NCBI GenBank assembly: GCA_032718475.1
Contig: JAUCBJ010008254.1
Coordinates: forward strand, 33,070-97,069
Source: Nemertoderma westbladi
Lineage: Eukaryota; Animalia; Xenacoelomorpha
DNA: 64,000 nt
Direction: 5' to 3'
Part shown: piece after piece, positions 37,556-51,007 of the stretch
How positions within the stretch are numbered: position 1 is the first letter of the stretch
How the letters are laid out: each line of letters opens with the position of its first letter
Translations under genes and position numbers: made by a program
Notes under the pieces: model-generated
What the model was told of the DNA's origin: nothing
Seen by the model: the letters and a program-made list of their open reading frames with translations, nothing else
Database searches by the model: none

Positions 37556-40500
37556 ACTAAGTATAATGGCTACTCTGTTGGTAATGAAGACGCTGAACTG
37601 ACAAACTTCATTGGTTATATACTCCAACACGAGTAAAGCATCGGTCCAATAGACAGTTTTCTCCAGTGGATAGTCGATCTGTTCTGTTACATTCCGGCCG
37701 ATGGCTGTAGCGTATAGAGCCGCTTTTAACTCCGCTCGAGGAACTTTCAACTTGTTGTTTATCAAGGCCTTAGAGGTAACCAAGGCGACCTTAATTCCAT
37801 CCGGAGTTTCAACCCTCAGGTAGGCTACTATACCTATTCCCATATCGCTGGCGTCCCCAAATACATGGAGTTGATAGGAATACGTGGGGAGAACGTGACC
37901 AAAATAAGAACGGGAAATCGTAAAATTCTCGATGGATGGTAGAGAATCTTCCCATTTCATCCACTTCTTTAATAGTTCTCCCTTAAGTGGATCGTCCCAC
38001 GAGTGGTTTTCAAGCCACATTTGTTGTACTAAACTCTGAGCAATCAATATAACTGGGCTAATAAATCCCAATGGATCGAAATAAGTGCTCAGGATACTTA
38101 GACAAATCCGTTTAGTCCGAACTGGATTATCTCGCTGCTTTAGCTGGAAAAACAGGATATCTCTCTCTGTGTCCCATTTCAAACCAAGTGTCTTGGTTTC
38201 TGGAAGATCGTACTTGATTAGGTCTAGATCTTTAACTCCTCGGTCTTCTACCGGGATCGATTCCAGAAACTCACGGGAGTTGCTGGTGAATTTAGTTAAT
38301 CGAAATCCACCTCTTTTCAAGCACTCTACCGTTCCTTTAGCGACATCAATGGCTTCTTCCACCGATGGGAGGGACTTTAAATTGTCGTCCATGTATATAT
38401 CCCGTTTGATGTTGTCGATAACCTCTTTAGAGAAGGCATCCCAGTTGTCATCAGCAGTGGTGCGTACTACTGAGCAGGCGTTTGAAGGGCTCGAGATGAT
38501 CCCAAAAGCCTGGATGGTCATCCAGTACTCCACCGGTTTCTGGTTGAGGTCTCCTCCAGGCCACCACAGAAATCGTAGGCTGTCTCGATCTCTATCCAGC
38601 GCCTTAACTTGTAAGAACATGCCTTCTATATCGGAGGCAAAAGCGATTGAATATTGTCGTAATCTTAAGAGTATTCCCAACAAGGATTGTAGTAAGTTGG
38701 GTCCTGGCAACAACTCAGAGTTAAGGGATTGGCCCATGTAGAGGGCGGAGCCGTCAAATACTACCCGGACTTCGTTGGGTTTACCGGGTTTGGGAACGTA
38801 ATGATGTGTTAAATAGTACGTTCTCTCAGTTATGGGTGTTCCTTCCGGTACTCGCTCCGCATATCCCTTGTCAATGAATTTCTTCAGCTGGGTCTTGTAC
38901 ATCTCCTTAGCTGAAGCATTTGCCGTAAGGCGTCGATGTAGTTGCGTGATTCTTTTCTCCGCCAAGGGTCGGTTGTTTATAAATTTAGGTTCTCGCTTTC
39001 GAAATGGCAGACCAATCTCATATCTACCTTGATCTTTAAGAAAATGTGTAGTTGTTTCCTGTATCTGCTTGGCTCTTTCTTCTTCTACCGATAGGGCCTT
39101 ATCGTAGGAATTGTGGGCTCTACAGCCTCTTGAGTAAAGAATCGTACGGCGTGTTCATCACGAGTCTTCGCATTGTAGCGATCTATCACTTCATTCAGTT
39201 CGTCGTTGTAGTCGACTTGCTCTGTTGGATGAATGAGGTGACATAGGTTCACTTGGTTTTGCCAAGTTTCATTTTCTGTAAGGAGGTCGATGGTATTCTC
39301 CTCGTCGAAGAGTTGGTGGATATCGTCATTATCTGAGGAGTATGGGGTTCCCTCAGGTGGGTCGTCTCCCTCACTGATTTCCTCTTCCCATTCACTTACC
39401 TGGTAGACCCGTTCTTTGGGTAGCCTTTCCATGAGGGTTCTACGGGAAGGTCCAGTAAAGTACTACTCTAGTTCTTCCCGCATAGGTTTGTAGTGGTTGC
39501 GGTTGAGCAGGCCGTTTCTCCAATGTCTCAAGCGCCTCATGCGCATTTTAGCCGATGAGTATTTGCACCCCAGGGTAGTCTGTGTGGAATCAAGGTATCT
39601 TATGCTGCTGGGTGAAATCGTCCTCATCCCAGTTATAAGGTTCCACTTGGCTGGTAGCGAAGTTCTTTATAGCCACCATTTTTACTGACCTTATACTGTG
39701 TTCTCCTAGTTCATCCTGGGGGGTGGACAACGCGCCTACATAGTAATCTGTAGTTACTGTAGATTTCCAAACCTGCATAATTCCTGACATGTTCAACTTA
39801 GTTCGGAACTTGGGTTGTCCAGCAAAGATGTCTTCGGCTAGTTCTTTGTCGATGAATGTTCCTGTGCTGCCGGAGTCAAGGAGGGCGTTCACTATATAGC
39901 TCTTTTGTGGCCCGTGGACTCTCAACTGCACTACGGGAAATTCTCGGATTCCTACGTTGGAAGTTGGTGCTTTCCAAGATGGTTGTCGGTCAGGAGTAGT
40001 TAGGGGGAGCTCACTATCGGTTTCTTTCTCATATGTAAGTGCTCGATACACTGCGGTATTTATTAGGTAACAGGATTCGTTTTCGTCGGAGAATTCATCC
40101 GTATAGAATCCTTCCATCTCAGAACTTTGATCAGTGTCGTTCACATCACTGAATTGGACATGTAGTTCGGACTCACTTACCTGACTTGGGCTGTTTCTTT
40201 CGAATTCAGTGTGCAACAAGATATGATGTTTCACGCCGCACTTTGCACACCTTGCGTCGGAGTAACAGGTTTCCGTTGGTGTCCTTGTCTGAGGCAATTA
40301 TAACACAACCGCTTATCCCACATGACTTCACGTCTATCTTTTAGTGATTTCTTTAAAAATTTATCACACACACTTAAACGGTGGGGCCCGTCGCACAGCG
40401 CACATTTTGGTTTGATGTTACTCACCTTACCTTGGGTAACGTTGTGCACTCTCATTCTTTCCTCGGGCTTTCTTCCGTGAACTCTATTAGGAGACGTAGG

Positions 40501-43500
40501 AGGAGTTTTTGTTACCTGTTCTCTCCTGTCATTGGTTCAAGACTTAAATTTACTTACGTCATTAGGCGCTTTGTTGACATAGTAAGATCTTTCAGTGTCT
40601 TTCCCGCTGTCCTCTTCGTGAGAAGCCTGGCTTTCGCCGTCGTCTGTATAACACACTGGTGTTACCTTTCTCCTAGAAACGGGTTTCTCACTTACCTTAT
40701 TTTCCGGTGTCTTCTCTCTGGACTGCTTTAGGAGCTGTAATTTTACCTCTCCATCTAAGAATGACATGAGATCAGCCATGGTAGGGTCTCTTCGTTGTTG
40801 TTCCATCATATATAAATAAGACTTTCTTGTCCCAGCGTGTACCTACTCCACCCTTTGGTAAAGTAGAGGCCACGGCTCCAATAACCATAGAACTCTGATA
40901 TTAATGAGACTTACCTAGCCAATCTAATTGTCTACAGATCTCCTGAATTTCATCAGAAAACTCTATAATCCCGCCGCTAATGAACTTTCGGGGCGCTACC
41001 AATTTTGCATACAAATACCTAGCTATGTTATTCCTATTACCATACCTGATGTTTAGTGTATCCCAAACTTGTCTTAATCCATCTGGATGTCCAATAAACT
41101 TTAACGCCATTAACTTGGGAGATCCTACCAAGCACTCGATGAGGAATCTAAGTTTCTCTCCGTTAGATAGCACAGAGTTCTGTATGTTATCTTTATAATA
41201 TTCATTAAAAGGTAACCATTTCATCTCATCTCCATTGAACTTGACGATCTCTCCCACTTTTACCGCTTGACGGGCTTCGGTTCTAGCCATTTGACACGTA
41301 AAACTTTCTTGGGCCATCGTGTTATTTAATATCGAGTTATCGGTATATAAATTTCTCGGATTATGATCAGGTCTATATGGAATATCATTGTCAACAGGTT
41401 TATAATTACCCTTAATAGGGTTTACTATAGGAGTTTCTGCTTCACTAGCAGTATAGATGTGTGTAGGCTCCACACCTTGCGCATGAAATACTTCAGACCT
41501 AACAGGTTGACACATTGTTACAGGGGGTGGTGGTATACCCTTTTGTATATTTACTAATTTATCGCGTTCTAACGCGATACTCTGCTGCACTTCTTGCAAC
41601 TCTAACCTACTTTCTCTTACTGTTCCCTTGAACTGTTGAACAGTCTCCTGCATCTGCCCGAGCAGGAGATCCATCCCCCGCCGTCTCTCATCCACCCACT
41701 CGACCGCCGAAGCGGGAGCCGCCAACATAGTAGCGGGTAGATGAGGGACAACGGGCGACAAATCATTGATATTTCGCTCGGAGTCCAGGACGGGAACTGT
41801 CTCAGGGGCTGTTCTGCTGGGCACAGGTAGTTTAGTGCTGTGCAAAGGGAATTTAGAGGTAGGTTCTGGGAGTACAGGTGTCTCTATCACCGAAGGGATG
41901 GCTTCGAGAACAGGCCTAATTATTTCAGGCTCATCTACTATAGTAGGGAGTCTTTCTACTCTAATAATTTGGTCTGTGGGTTCTGTACTACCTAAGTCTG
42001 TGCTAGCTAGTTGCCTTCTAACAGCTGGGGGCAAATCAGGCAATTTCTGACGGTGGGGCATTCTTCTACGCCTGCTTAGACGAGATCTATTTCCTCCGCC
42101 TTCAGGATCGGTGGTATCGCCTTCATCAGATGATGTAAATCCCTGCCTTTTGGGAGTAGATCGACTTAACATCTGCATCTGACTAGCTGTTAACTGTTTA
42201 TTTATGTAGTCTTGCTTCTCTTGAAGATTTTCCAACTCTAGTTGGGTGGTCTCTTCAGACGCTCTCCATTCTGCTTCTGCCACTGCCACTGCCTCTGCTG
42301 CTTTTCTTTCCGCTTCTGCCGCTGCTCACTTTCTTTCCGCTTCTACCTCTTTTCTTTCCGCTTCTACCTCTTTTCTTTCCGCTTCTGCCGCTGCCATTGC
42401 CGCTTTCCTTTCCACTTCTGCCGCTTTTCTTTCTGCTTCTGCCGCCTTTCTTTCAGCCTCTGCCTCTGCTGCTGCCGCTGCCGCTTTTCTTTCAATTTCT
42501 GCCACTGCCGCTGCTGCTGTCTTTCTGTCTTCTATACGTTTTTTCTTTACCTGTCCTTCTTGGACCCTAGCGATGCGGATGCTTTCATCAAACTTAGCTT
42601 GATTCGCAGCTAACATTTCCACATCTATTGCGTCCAACACAAGCTTGGCTCCTTCACTATTAGGACGAAGTCCAGCCAGCCTTCTCCTCAACTCTTCGTC
42701 ACCTAGAAATCGTTGATAGTCTGATAGATAGATGTCAATAGCGTCCTTCTTCTGCGGTTTCTCTGCTGTCGCTTCGCTTTCCACTTGAGAAAAAGTAGCG
42801 TCTGTTGATTCTCCGTGGGTTGAGCGCTCAGCCAGCTGATATTTCCACTGGGCCGTTCCTTGAACCTTGAGACTCACCCGCTGAAACCAAGTCTTTACGG
42901 CAACTTGCAACGACGTGTCTTGTCTTCTTTTCGAAGCCTCCTCAAAGGCCGATAGGATTAGTCTGATTCTTAGAATTCTTTCTCTAACTTGATAAAGCAG
43001 CTCTCCCTGCTCTTGAGGTCCTTGGGGTTGTCGAAACAGTTATTCCTCTAATCGCTCCAAAGAGCTGAAGAATCCCTGTACATATCCTGCTGCCGACCTC
43101 TTCCACACAGCTGGATCATTAGTGTCTTTTGTCACTCCCATCCTGTATAAGTCCTCCCAGGCCGCTTCCGATAAGTTAAACGGGAGTCCGGGTCCAGGGA
43201 AGTTCCATTGCGTCTCGACAATAGACTTCAGTTTATCACTTGTGTATCCCGCATAACTGTCCTTGGTCGATCGCTTACTTCTCGCCCAATCGATTTGGTG
43301 TTCCTCCACTGCAATCAATACCCTAGTGAGTACGGCTGCAGGAAGAATGAGAAGGGGATCCGAATAAACCGCATCTACCATCTTTGCTCCGTGCTCGGGT
43401 GTCAGCTCTACAGTATCCGAACTACTGGAGCTATCGGGCCACTGAGAAATAAGTTTGACAGCTGCTTCTTGATCCCGCTTGACTTGAGCCCGAGTGCCTA

Positions 43501-43675
43501 TGATAGACCTACGGTGTTGGACTAGCCTAGGGTCTGATACTACTACTGGAGGGATGATCTTTCTTACAGTAGGAGGTGAGTTGAACTTCGGTCTCAAACG
43601 TTCAGCACTCCTATCTGGGTCACAGATGGTTGTATCTAGGAGACTGTCTGACAGGTTTTGCTTTGTGTCAGACAT
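37556..43675 (-). pseudogene. gag-pol: Element C gag-PR-RT-RH, with multiple stops and frameshifts
   Basis: FNGDEMKWLPF, CALCDGPHRLSVC, CYNCLRQGH, CAKCGVKHH, ALLDSGS, DIEGMF, YMDD, LHVFGDAS. Confidence 0.92.
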
Positions 43676-43809
43676 GTTTGTTTGTACAGTTGAATGCCTA
43701 CTGCTAGAACTACAGTTAAAGCAAGTCTAGTAATTCAGTATCACTGTTAGCCTAGTAATTAATTACCGATATCGTTACTCAGTGTAACGTGATATATATA
43801 CACAATATA

Positions 43810-44065
43810 TTAGAATACCGGTATACACTTATAGTATATATATAAGTATTATTACAGACTAGGTTTGTCACAGAATACCGGTATATAATTTCAGCACAAA
43901 TATATATAAATATATAATAAGCCTACTGTGAATACCGGTATACAACTTACACTTATAGTATATAAGTATAATTATAGACTAGAATTAATTACAGAATACC
44001 GGTATATATTTTCAGCTCAAATTTATAGAAATAAATAGAATAAGCCTATCGTAAATACCGGTATG
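43810..44065. repeat. ~60-bp tandem repeats x5 carrying the palindrome ATACCGGTAT in the C 5' leader
   Basis: AATACCGGTAT at ~43814, 43874, 43932, 43996 and 44054. Confidence 0.85.
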
Positions 44066-46169
44066 TCAATTATTTTAGAATAATTGAATTTCTGAATTCC
44101 AGGGTTACTTAGTTACTTTACTTTACCTTATTACCGTTATTTAAGCAGTAGTCCAACTGATATTAAGACCTAATTGTTGTATGACAGGCCTACTATTTTA
44201 TAAATCGGTTTGAGTTGATTTATAATATATATACCCGTTTAATGGGTTTTGTTACAATATTTGAAATAAATGTTATTATTTCTGGGAAGGAGTCACTACA
44301 CAGAAGCTGTATGCTCTCAGTGGAGTGCTACCTATTGTTTTGGACACTAAAACAAATAATTCTACTTGCCTAAGTTACTTATTACTACAAATTATGTACA
44401 ATTGCGGGGTGAGATTACAATCTCTAAATAAACACAAAAATTACACGTACGAATTTTTAGGGTTAATTTTACAAGAAATCTACAAACCAGCCTAACAAGG
44501 GTTAGAATTTCTGGTTATTACAAACGGACAAGATACTACGGTATTTGAAAATAATAAAGCAGTAGTAAATATATTGCGTTGGTCTAGATAGGAAAATACC
44601 ACCGTCTGACGACTTACAGCCGTATCGCTATAAGTACTACATTATGTACCCGGAGTGTTCCTACCTAGAAGTTAATTACCGCAGCCTACTATAGCTAACG
44701 TGCCTATTAACCACTTTACAACACAAATATACTGCCTACACACTAATTACCTTCGGAAAGCACTGTACACTAAACCCTAAATTAGGTACAAGTACTTATA
44801 CAACAAATAACCAGCAGTTAAAAATACTTGTATAGCTAAAAAAACCACGGTATCTGCCGGAGTGACCAAAGCATAAAATCTCCAGTCTTTACCTACGCCA
44901 AACAGCCCTGATGTAGTACCGGGGTTAATTTAACTATAACGGTATGTATAACAAGCACAATTACTGTAGGAATAAACTTGGGGTTGTGAATGTTGCGAAT
45001 AATCGCATAAACTCTGAATAATAAATATTACGCTACCCGTACAGACTACACAAACAAAACACAGACCAAACGCTGGCAGACTACTATCAAGCCTAAATAA
45101 ACTACAGTATATGCAGACCCCGAAATGGTTAGTTAGTATGCGTTCCAACCGAGTAGTACGACTTATTCTTTCGGGGGGGATTTACCTTACAGCACTGGAT
45201 GCCCCCGCGTTCTTAACTAGTACTTTATCGGACATACACTCTACATACACTGCAATCTCTTCAGACCTAACAACAGCCAGACAACAATCTAGCCTACAAA
45301 TTATTTATACAATCTGAGCAGGCTTACACGCCTTCTGCTCAATATTAACTTACAAATAAATAAAACTGAGAGAAATAAGTAAAATCCCAATAAAAAACCA
45401 GGGCGGCCGTCCCTGATTAAATATCAAGACCTACTGGTATATAATTATCAAATCGAATAATACTGCTGTACCTGTACTGCTGTAAGTACCGGTTCGGGTG
45501 GTTAGGTAGTTAGGCCTACTGGTTACCGGTCGACCGGTACTTTTGCCTTTATTGCCTACGTTGCAATAAAGAAACGTATAACTGTTATTGTTCGCGCTTT
45601 TAGACCTTTAGCAGTTTAACCTGCCAAATTTAGGTGTCTTCTAGGTTATAAATCGACTTTAGCCTATAACAAGTATTTGATACACATAAAGTTACATTAG
45701 CCGAAGCCAGCCTATGCGCGATCATTCACCCACGGTTAAGGGAGACTGGATTCTGATGCTCTGACCTTATTGCGGTGTAGACCTACTATATTATTCGAGT
45801 GATCGTTACTATAATATCTCTGACAAATATTATTCACTTTCGGGAAATATTAACAGTTCCTTTAGGACGTGGCGCTCTAAGTATGTAAACAGAGTTATGA
45901 CTTACACTAATCACAACGGGACGGCTATTGATTTTCGTATAAGGCGCATTCTTTAGGAAATGCTTTGTTATCTATCACACTCATGCACACTACCGCACAC
46001 TGCTGCACACTGATCTGCCGACCTTCACTAATTTTAATCATATATAAGGAGAACAGCAACTGACACATGTAGGGTCTATGAAATAGCATTCAATTCACTC
46101 CAAAACCACTTTAATGTAAGTCACAATTGCTATATGTAACCGGTCTCTCTAACCTTCAGTATATCAAGA

Positions 46170-46760
46170 AGATTGGGGTTTTCTGATTATTTATCGATAT
46201 TCTCCAAATATAATAACATTCCATCAACTGATAACCATTAATAACCGACAGTAAATAGCAGTAAAATAATGCGGTGAAAGGTATGTATAGTATGATATGG
46301 GCTGTGATAACAGTTATACGTTTCTATGATCAAAGCCATTCTAATGTTTTGCTAAAGTCTGAAACACAGAATAATTCCACAGCCGATGTTCTGGGCTTAG
46401 GAAAAAAGGTAAACAAAGACCATAATGCATTGCGCGATTTCCCGGAGGCTTCTGTGCAAATAAAATGAAAATCACTCTGATTGGTCGAGTGAGTGAGCCT
46501 GAACAAAGAAAGCCAAAAGCTCCATGTTGACATATCAGCTGATAGATGTCGTCATTTGAACTACACTGTATTAAGAGTATTTTGGTGCATTGCGGCATAA
46601 AATTGCTAGTTATGTCCGCTAAAGTACACATACAGAAAAATGGCTTTTTATGTCCACTAAAACACCTACACAGTAAGAAAACGGCTTTTTATGTCCGCTA
46701 AAACACCTACAGATTACTTTGCGGGGAAAATGACTAGCTAGGTCCGCAAAAACCTTTACA
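46170..46760 (-). repeat. U3 end of the 5' LTR of C (inner boundary not determined); contains ~39-bp repeats at 46610-46715
   Basis: Sense start TGTAAAGG. Homologous to 15421-16028. LINE sequence resumes at 46761. Confidence 0.75.
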
Positions 46761-47040
46761 ATGTTGCCTCTAATTTTAGTTAAGAAGTTACCGTTATCAA
46801 GTAATAAATATAGTATAGGGTCCGAAACTCTAAATAATTTTTAATAGACCTAATACCTGCCCGTTTTCTTAAGGATGGTGATGAAGTACTTAAAGTGCCT
46901 ATTACTTTTATTATTAATTACTCCATCGTAGATAATGTAGTACCAGACGAACTGAAATTAGCTAAGGTTGTTCCTCTGTATAAGAAGAATAGTAAAGTAG
47001 AACCCTGTAATTACAGACCTGTTAGTATCTTAAGTATTGT

Positions 47041-48790
47041 TGTGAGCAGATTCAATTCCGCCTCACCAACCCCCATAAAGTGGGAAAGAGCGCCTTTAAG
47101 CAATATTGGGGAGTACGAGGTTGATTAACAACCAACCTCGTATCACCCCCAATAAACCGGGGACGACAAACCCCAGAGGGCCTCACACAATGGGGGTCAG
47201 AGGTTAAGCCTCCGGGGAGAAGGAAAGTAACAGCAGCGGGGGGGGGGGGGGGGGAAACACCCCCGCAGAGCAGAAGTGGGAAATCAGCCAATGGGGGGAT
47301 AGGAGAGGCATCAGCCAAGTAATAGGGCCAACCCAGTATATTACCGGTTGGTGTTTTCTCATATTGTTAGTTTACTCAGTAGTCACTCAGTCATGCTAGT
47401 ACGGTGACATTTTAAGACCGTCATCGCCGTCACCAATTAGTTACCATATATCACCGGTTGTGCTATCTGCCATTATACTTACATCTGTACATCGTATACT
47501 ATATTTTATACATCTATTAACAACATCGGAAGAACTATAGGCCTAACAACTCTTTTCACTTGCTGCGAAATTAAAAATAATCAAATTAAATTTTCAACAA
47601 ACTCCAAAATCCTTGGCATCTGGGTGGATAGCAAACTAAATTGGAAGCCTCATGTAAACTTCATAATTAAAAAAATATCTAAAATGTCTGGAATTTTCTA
47701 CAAATTGCGCTATATCTTCCCTTTAAATATTCTACGTCAACTTTATTTCACCCTAATTCACCCTTACATACAGTACGGTATTCTACTTTGGGGAAGTACT
47801 CATTCCACCACCCTTCATCCACTTAGAGTTAAAATAAACAAAATTATCAGATGCATTACTTTCAGTCACTCACAATCGTCCTCTGCGCCTCTATACAAAT
47901 CACTACGAATTCTACCTTTAAACTTACTGTATAAACACCAGGCCGGCCTTTTCATGCATGATATCCACCACCACATTATAAGCCCCACCTCTGATCTCGG
48001 TTCTTTATTTACTAAAACTTCATCCATACACAATTACGCCACCCGCTTTTCATCTTTAGGAAACTTTTGTTTACCGCTATTTCGTCTAACCTCTTCCCAA
48101 AAATCCATGTGTTTTCAAGGCCCATCTATTTGGAGTACCATCCCTTGTGATATGCGTAACAAAAAATCCAAACCGACATTTTCAAAAAATTACAAACTTC
48201 ATCTAATTTCTAAATTATAACCAATTTCACTCCCATACAAACCATATCACTGGCCTGCGTCTTTGCCCAATTTTAATTTTATTTCAAATTGCAAAAATCT
48301 TAATTCCATCCGCATTGTACATCCGTCGCCTACAGATTTCCCGCTGACGTTACCTTACTTATTACATACAAAAGTAACTATTTACAAGATTAGTCCCACG
48401 GTTCAAAAATATAATTAATAAATTTCGAAACTAATAAAAACTACCCTAAATTATGAGTATTCAGATGTAACCTCCCTCCCCCCCCCCCCCCCCCCCCTCC
48501 TCTCTCACCCCCACCCCCCCCCCCCCCCCCCCCCGGTGGCTAGCGTCTACTAGCCCTGCTATTAGCTAGCCTCCGTGTCCTTACATCGTTCCCTGACACC
48601 CCTCCAACTTTTTTCTTAACTATTTACAATATATATCCACATTTTATGGTATTTGGGTGCGTGCAATACAATGAATTTCATACATCAAGAAGGATTAAAT
48701 TTATATTGAATTGAATTGAATTGAATTCACTCACACGGCGGGGACGCGTACATAAACCCAAACTGGTCGGGATCCTCCGATCCCGTCACA
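47041..48790. mobile_element. Solo LTR (~585 bp once the nested LINE is removed)
   Basis: TGTGA...TCACA termini. 5-bp TSD ATTGT at 47036-47040 and 48791-48795. The LINE frame rejoins across it. Confidence 0.85.
47561..48725 (+). mobile_element. 5'-truncated L2/CR1-group LINE 3' end with (ATTGA)n tail
   Basis: KILGIWVDSKLNWKPHV...LYFTLIHPYIQYGILLWG C-terminal LINE motifs (47624-48220). Tail TTGAATTGAATTGAATTGAA. Probable TSD TTCACT. Confidence 0.85.
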
Positions 48791-49167
48791 ATTGTATCTA
48801 AAATTCTAGAACGTTCTGTTTTTCTACAGCTGGAGGCACATCTTAGTAGGCTAAATCTGATCTATGAACTTCAGTCCGGTTTTCGTAAATCATATTCTAC
48901 AGACACCTGCCTTATTAACTTAACTGATACAATTAGATGTAATAACGCAAAGGGTTTATATACTGGTATGGTAATGTTGAACCTACAAAAGGCTTTCGAT
49001 ACTGTAGATCACGAAATTCTGCTTGGTAAGTTTAAGGCCTGATGGGTGTAGGTTCTATAGACTGGTTCAAGTCCTACCTGTCAGACAGAGATCAAACTGT
49101 AGTCATTAGCAAATCGCAGTCTACTGTACAAGAGATTACCTGTGATGTACCGCAAGGTAGTATATTA

Positions 49168-50433
49168 TTCTGAACAAGAATGGTAGCACCATTCTTGTTC
49201 ATAATTGTGGTTGACTATGTTCTACGCATGTCCTTAGATCATCATAATGATGATGGGGTGATGATAACTCCACCTACTGGCTCCAGAAGTCGAGGAAATC
49301 CTGCCAAGTACCTAACTGATCTAGACTTTGCTGATGACTTAGGAGTACTCATCTTAGGATGACTTAGGATGACGCAGGACATTGCTTTCGCCGTGAGGAC
49401 CAGCCAGTGCATAATCTTGTACTTTGGCAGCCTCATGGAGTGAATAAGCATGGTGGACAGCCCATGACTTTCTTGAGACGCATCTTAAAGGACACTGGCC
49501 TTAAAGATGCGGATGATCTAGCAAATGTCATGGGTGATAGGGAGTTGTGGCGGTGCAATTTTGTTGACAAGCCGGCACAGCATTCTTAAAAATGCAGCTG
49601 CAATGCAGCATGCCGATCCTAGTAGTAGTAGTAGGAGTACTCTCAGAATCACTAGAGGGAGCCCAACGGCTCCTCAGCTCATTAGAACATGCTGCTTCTA
49701 GTGTTGGTCTTTTTATTAACTCCAGAAAGACCAACATTTTGACAGTTAACTTTGAAAGTTCTCAGCAAGTCTCTGATCGGATGAGCATAAGCTCAAAGGA
49801 TGGTATGCTTGAGCATGTGGACGACTTCTGTTACCTGGGATCATGGATCCGGAAGTCAGGTGAGGACCTTCGAATACGTAAGGGAAAGGCATGGGCAGCC
49901 TTGAATAGGCTTTCCAGGATTTGGAAGTCACCGAGAATTAATCGAAAACTTAAGGTCCGATTATTTAGAGCAGCAGTAGTTCCAGTACTCCTCTACGGGA
50001 GTCCATGCTGGGCTCTAACTGCTGAGGACACCAAATCTCTGGATGGCACATTCACAAGAATGCTACGCCGGGTTCATTGTGTCAAGTACAATGCACACAT
50101 CTCCAACCAGACACTATATAACATTGGAGGTGTCTCATTAGTTCCCCCAAGCTTGACACTAGAACAAAATCGCCTCCGCTTTGCAGGACATTGCTTTCGC
50201 CGTGAGGACCAGCCAGTGCATAATCTTGTACTTTGGCAGCCTCATGGAGTGAATAAGCATGGTGGACAGCCCATGACTTTCTTGAGACGCATCTTAAAGG
50301 ACACTGGCCTTGAAGATGCGGATGATCTAGCAAATGTCATGGGTGATAGGGAGTCGTGGCGGTGCAATTTTGTCGACAAGCAAGCACAGCATTCTTAAAA
50401 ATTCAGCTGCAATGCAGCATGCCGATACTAGTA
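49168..50433 (+). mobile_element. 5'-truncated RTE-clade LINE with (TAG)n tail
   Basis: APFLFIIVVDYVLR, DLDFADDL, VDDFCYLGS, LRFAGHCFR. TSD GTAGTATATTA at 49157-49167 and 50434-50444. Confidence 0.92.
49351..49631 (+). mobile_element. Short 3'-end copy of the same RTE family nested in its RT domain
   Basis: Near-identical to 50183-50433, with a (TAG)n tail. TSD TAGGAGTACTC at 49340-49350 and 49632-49642. Confidence 0.9.
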
Positions 50434-51007
50434 GTAGTATATTAGGTCCTCTGCTTTTTGTATGCTATGTAAATGATATGATAAGTAGTATAGATCCCGA
50501 TTTTAAACTCATTTTATATGCCGACGACAGTGCTCTTATTTTCTCTCATAAAGATCCTATCCATATTTCCCAAAAGTTAAGTGCAGTTCCAGAATCCTGT
50601 AATGAGTGGTTGGTTGATAATAAGCTATCCATTCACTACGGTAAAACTGAAAGTATTTTGTTTGGTTCCAAAAGAAAGTTAAAGAAGGTAACTAAGTTTG
50701 AAGTCACTAGTAATGGACATAAGATTGAATATAAAAAGTAAGTTAAATATTTAGGCGCCACATTGGATAACTGCTTATCAGGAGAAAGCACAGTGAAAAA
50801 TATTTTCTCGAAAGTTAACAGTAGGCTTAGGTTTCTATACAGAAATAAAAATAGTTTGAACACCGACTCCCGCAAGTTACTTTGCTCTTCTTTAATACAG
50901 TGTCACATGGACTATGCATGCTCTTCTTGGTATGAAGGCTTAACCAAACAGCTTAAATGTAAATTACAAGTAGCTCAGAATAAAGTAGTACGATTTATTA
51001 AAGACTA

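Larger units (their letters stand above)
15421..46760 (-). mobile_element. Bel/Pao LTR retrotransposon C (degenerate; hosts element B)
   Basis: 5' LTR begins at 46760 (TGTAAAGG). gag-pol fragments span 43675-37556 and 21133-19088. The reading frame rejoins across B (NRVAIILS|RTKIDQWRHCPG). Confidence 0.88.

Noticed and set aside
354-42613. Numerous antisense/overlapping small ORFs (e.g. 354-653, 32636-33307, 42242-42613)
   Set aside because: Shadow ORFs of repetitive coiled-coil or pol coding sequence, with no domain motifs.
44100-46170. PBS / self-priming site and U5 boundary for element C
   Set aside because: The 3' LTR is truncated, so the boundary cannot be fixed. No convincing TGG PBS or 10-bp or longer complement was found by eye.
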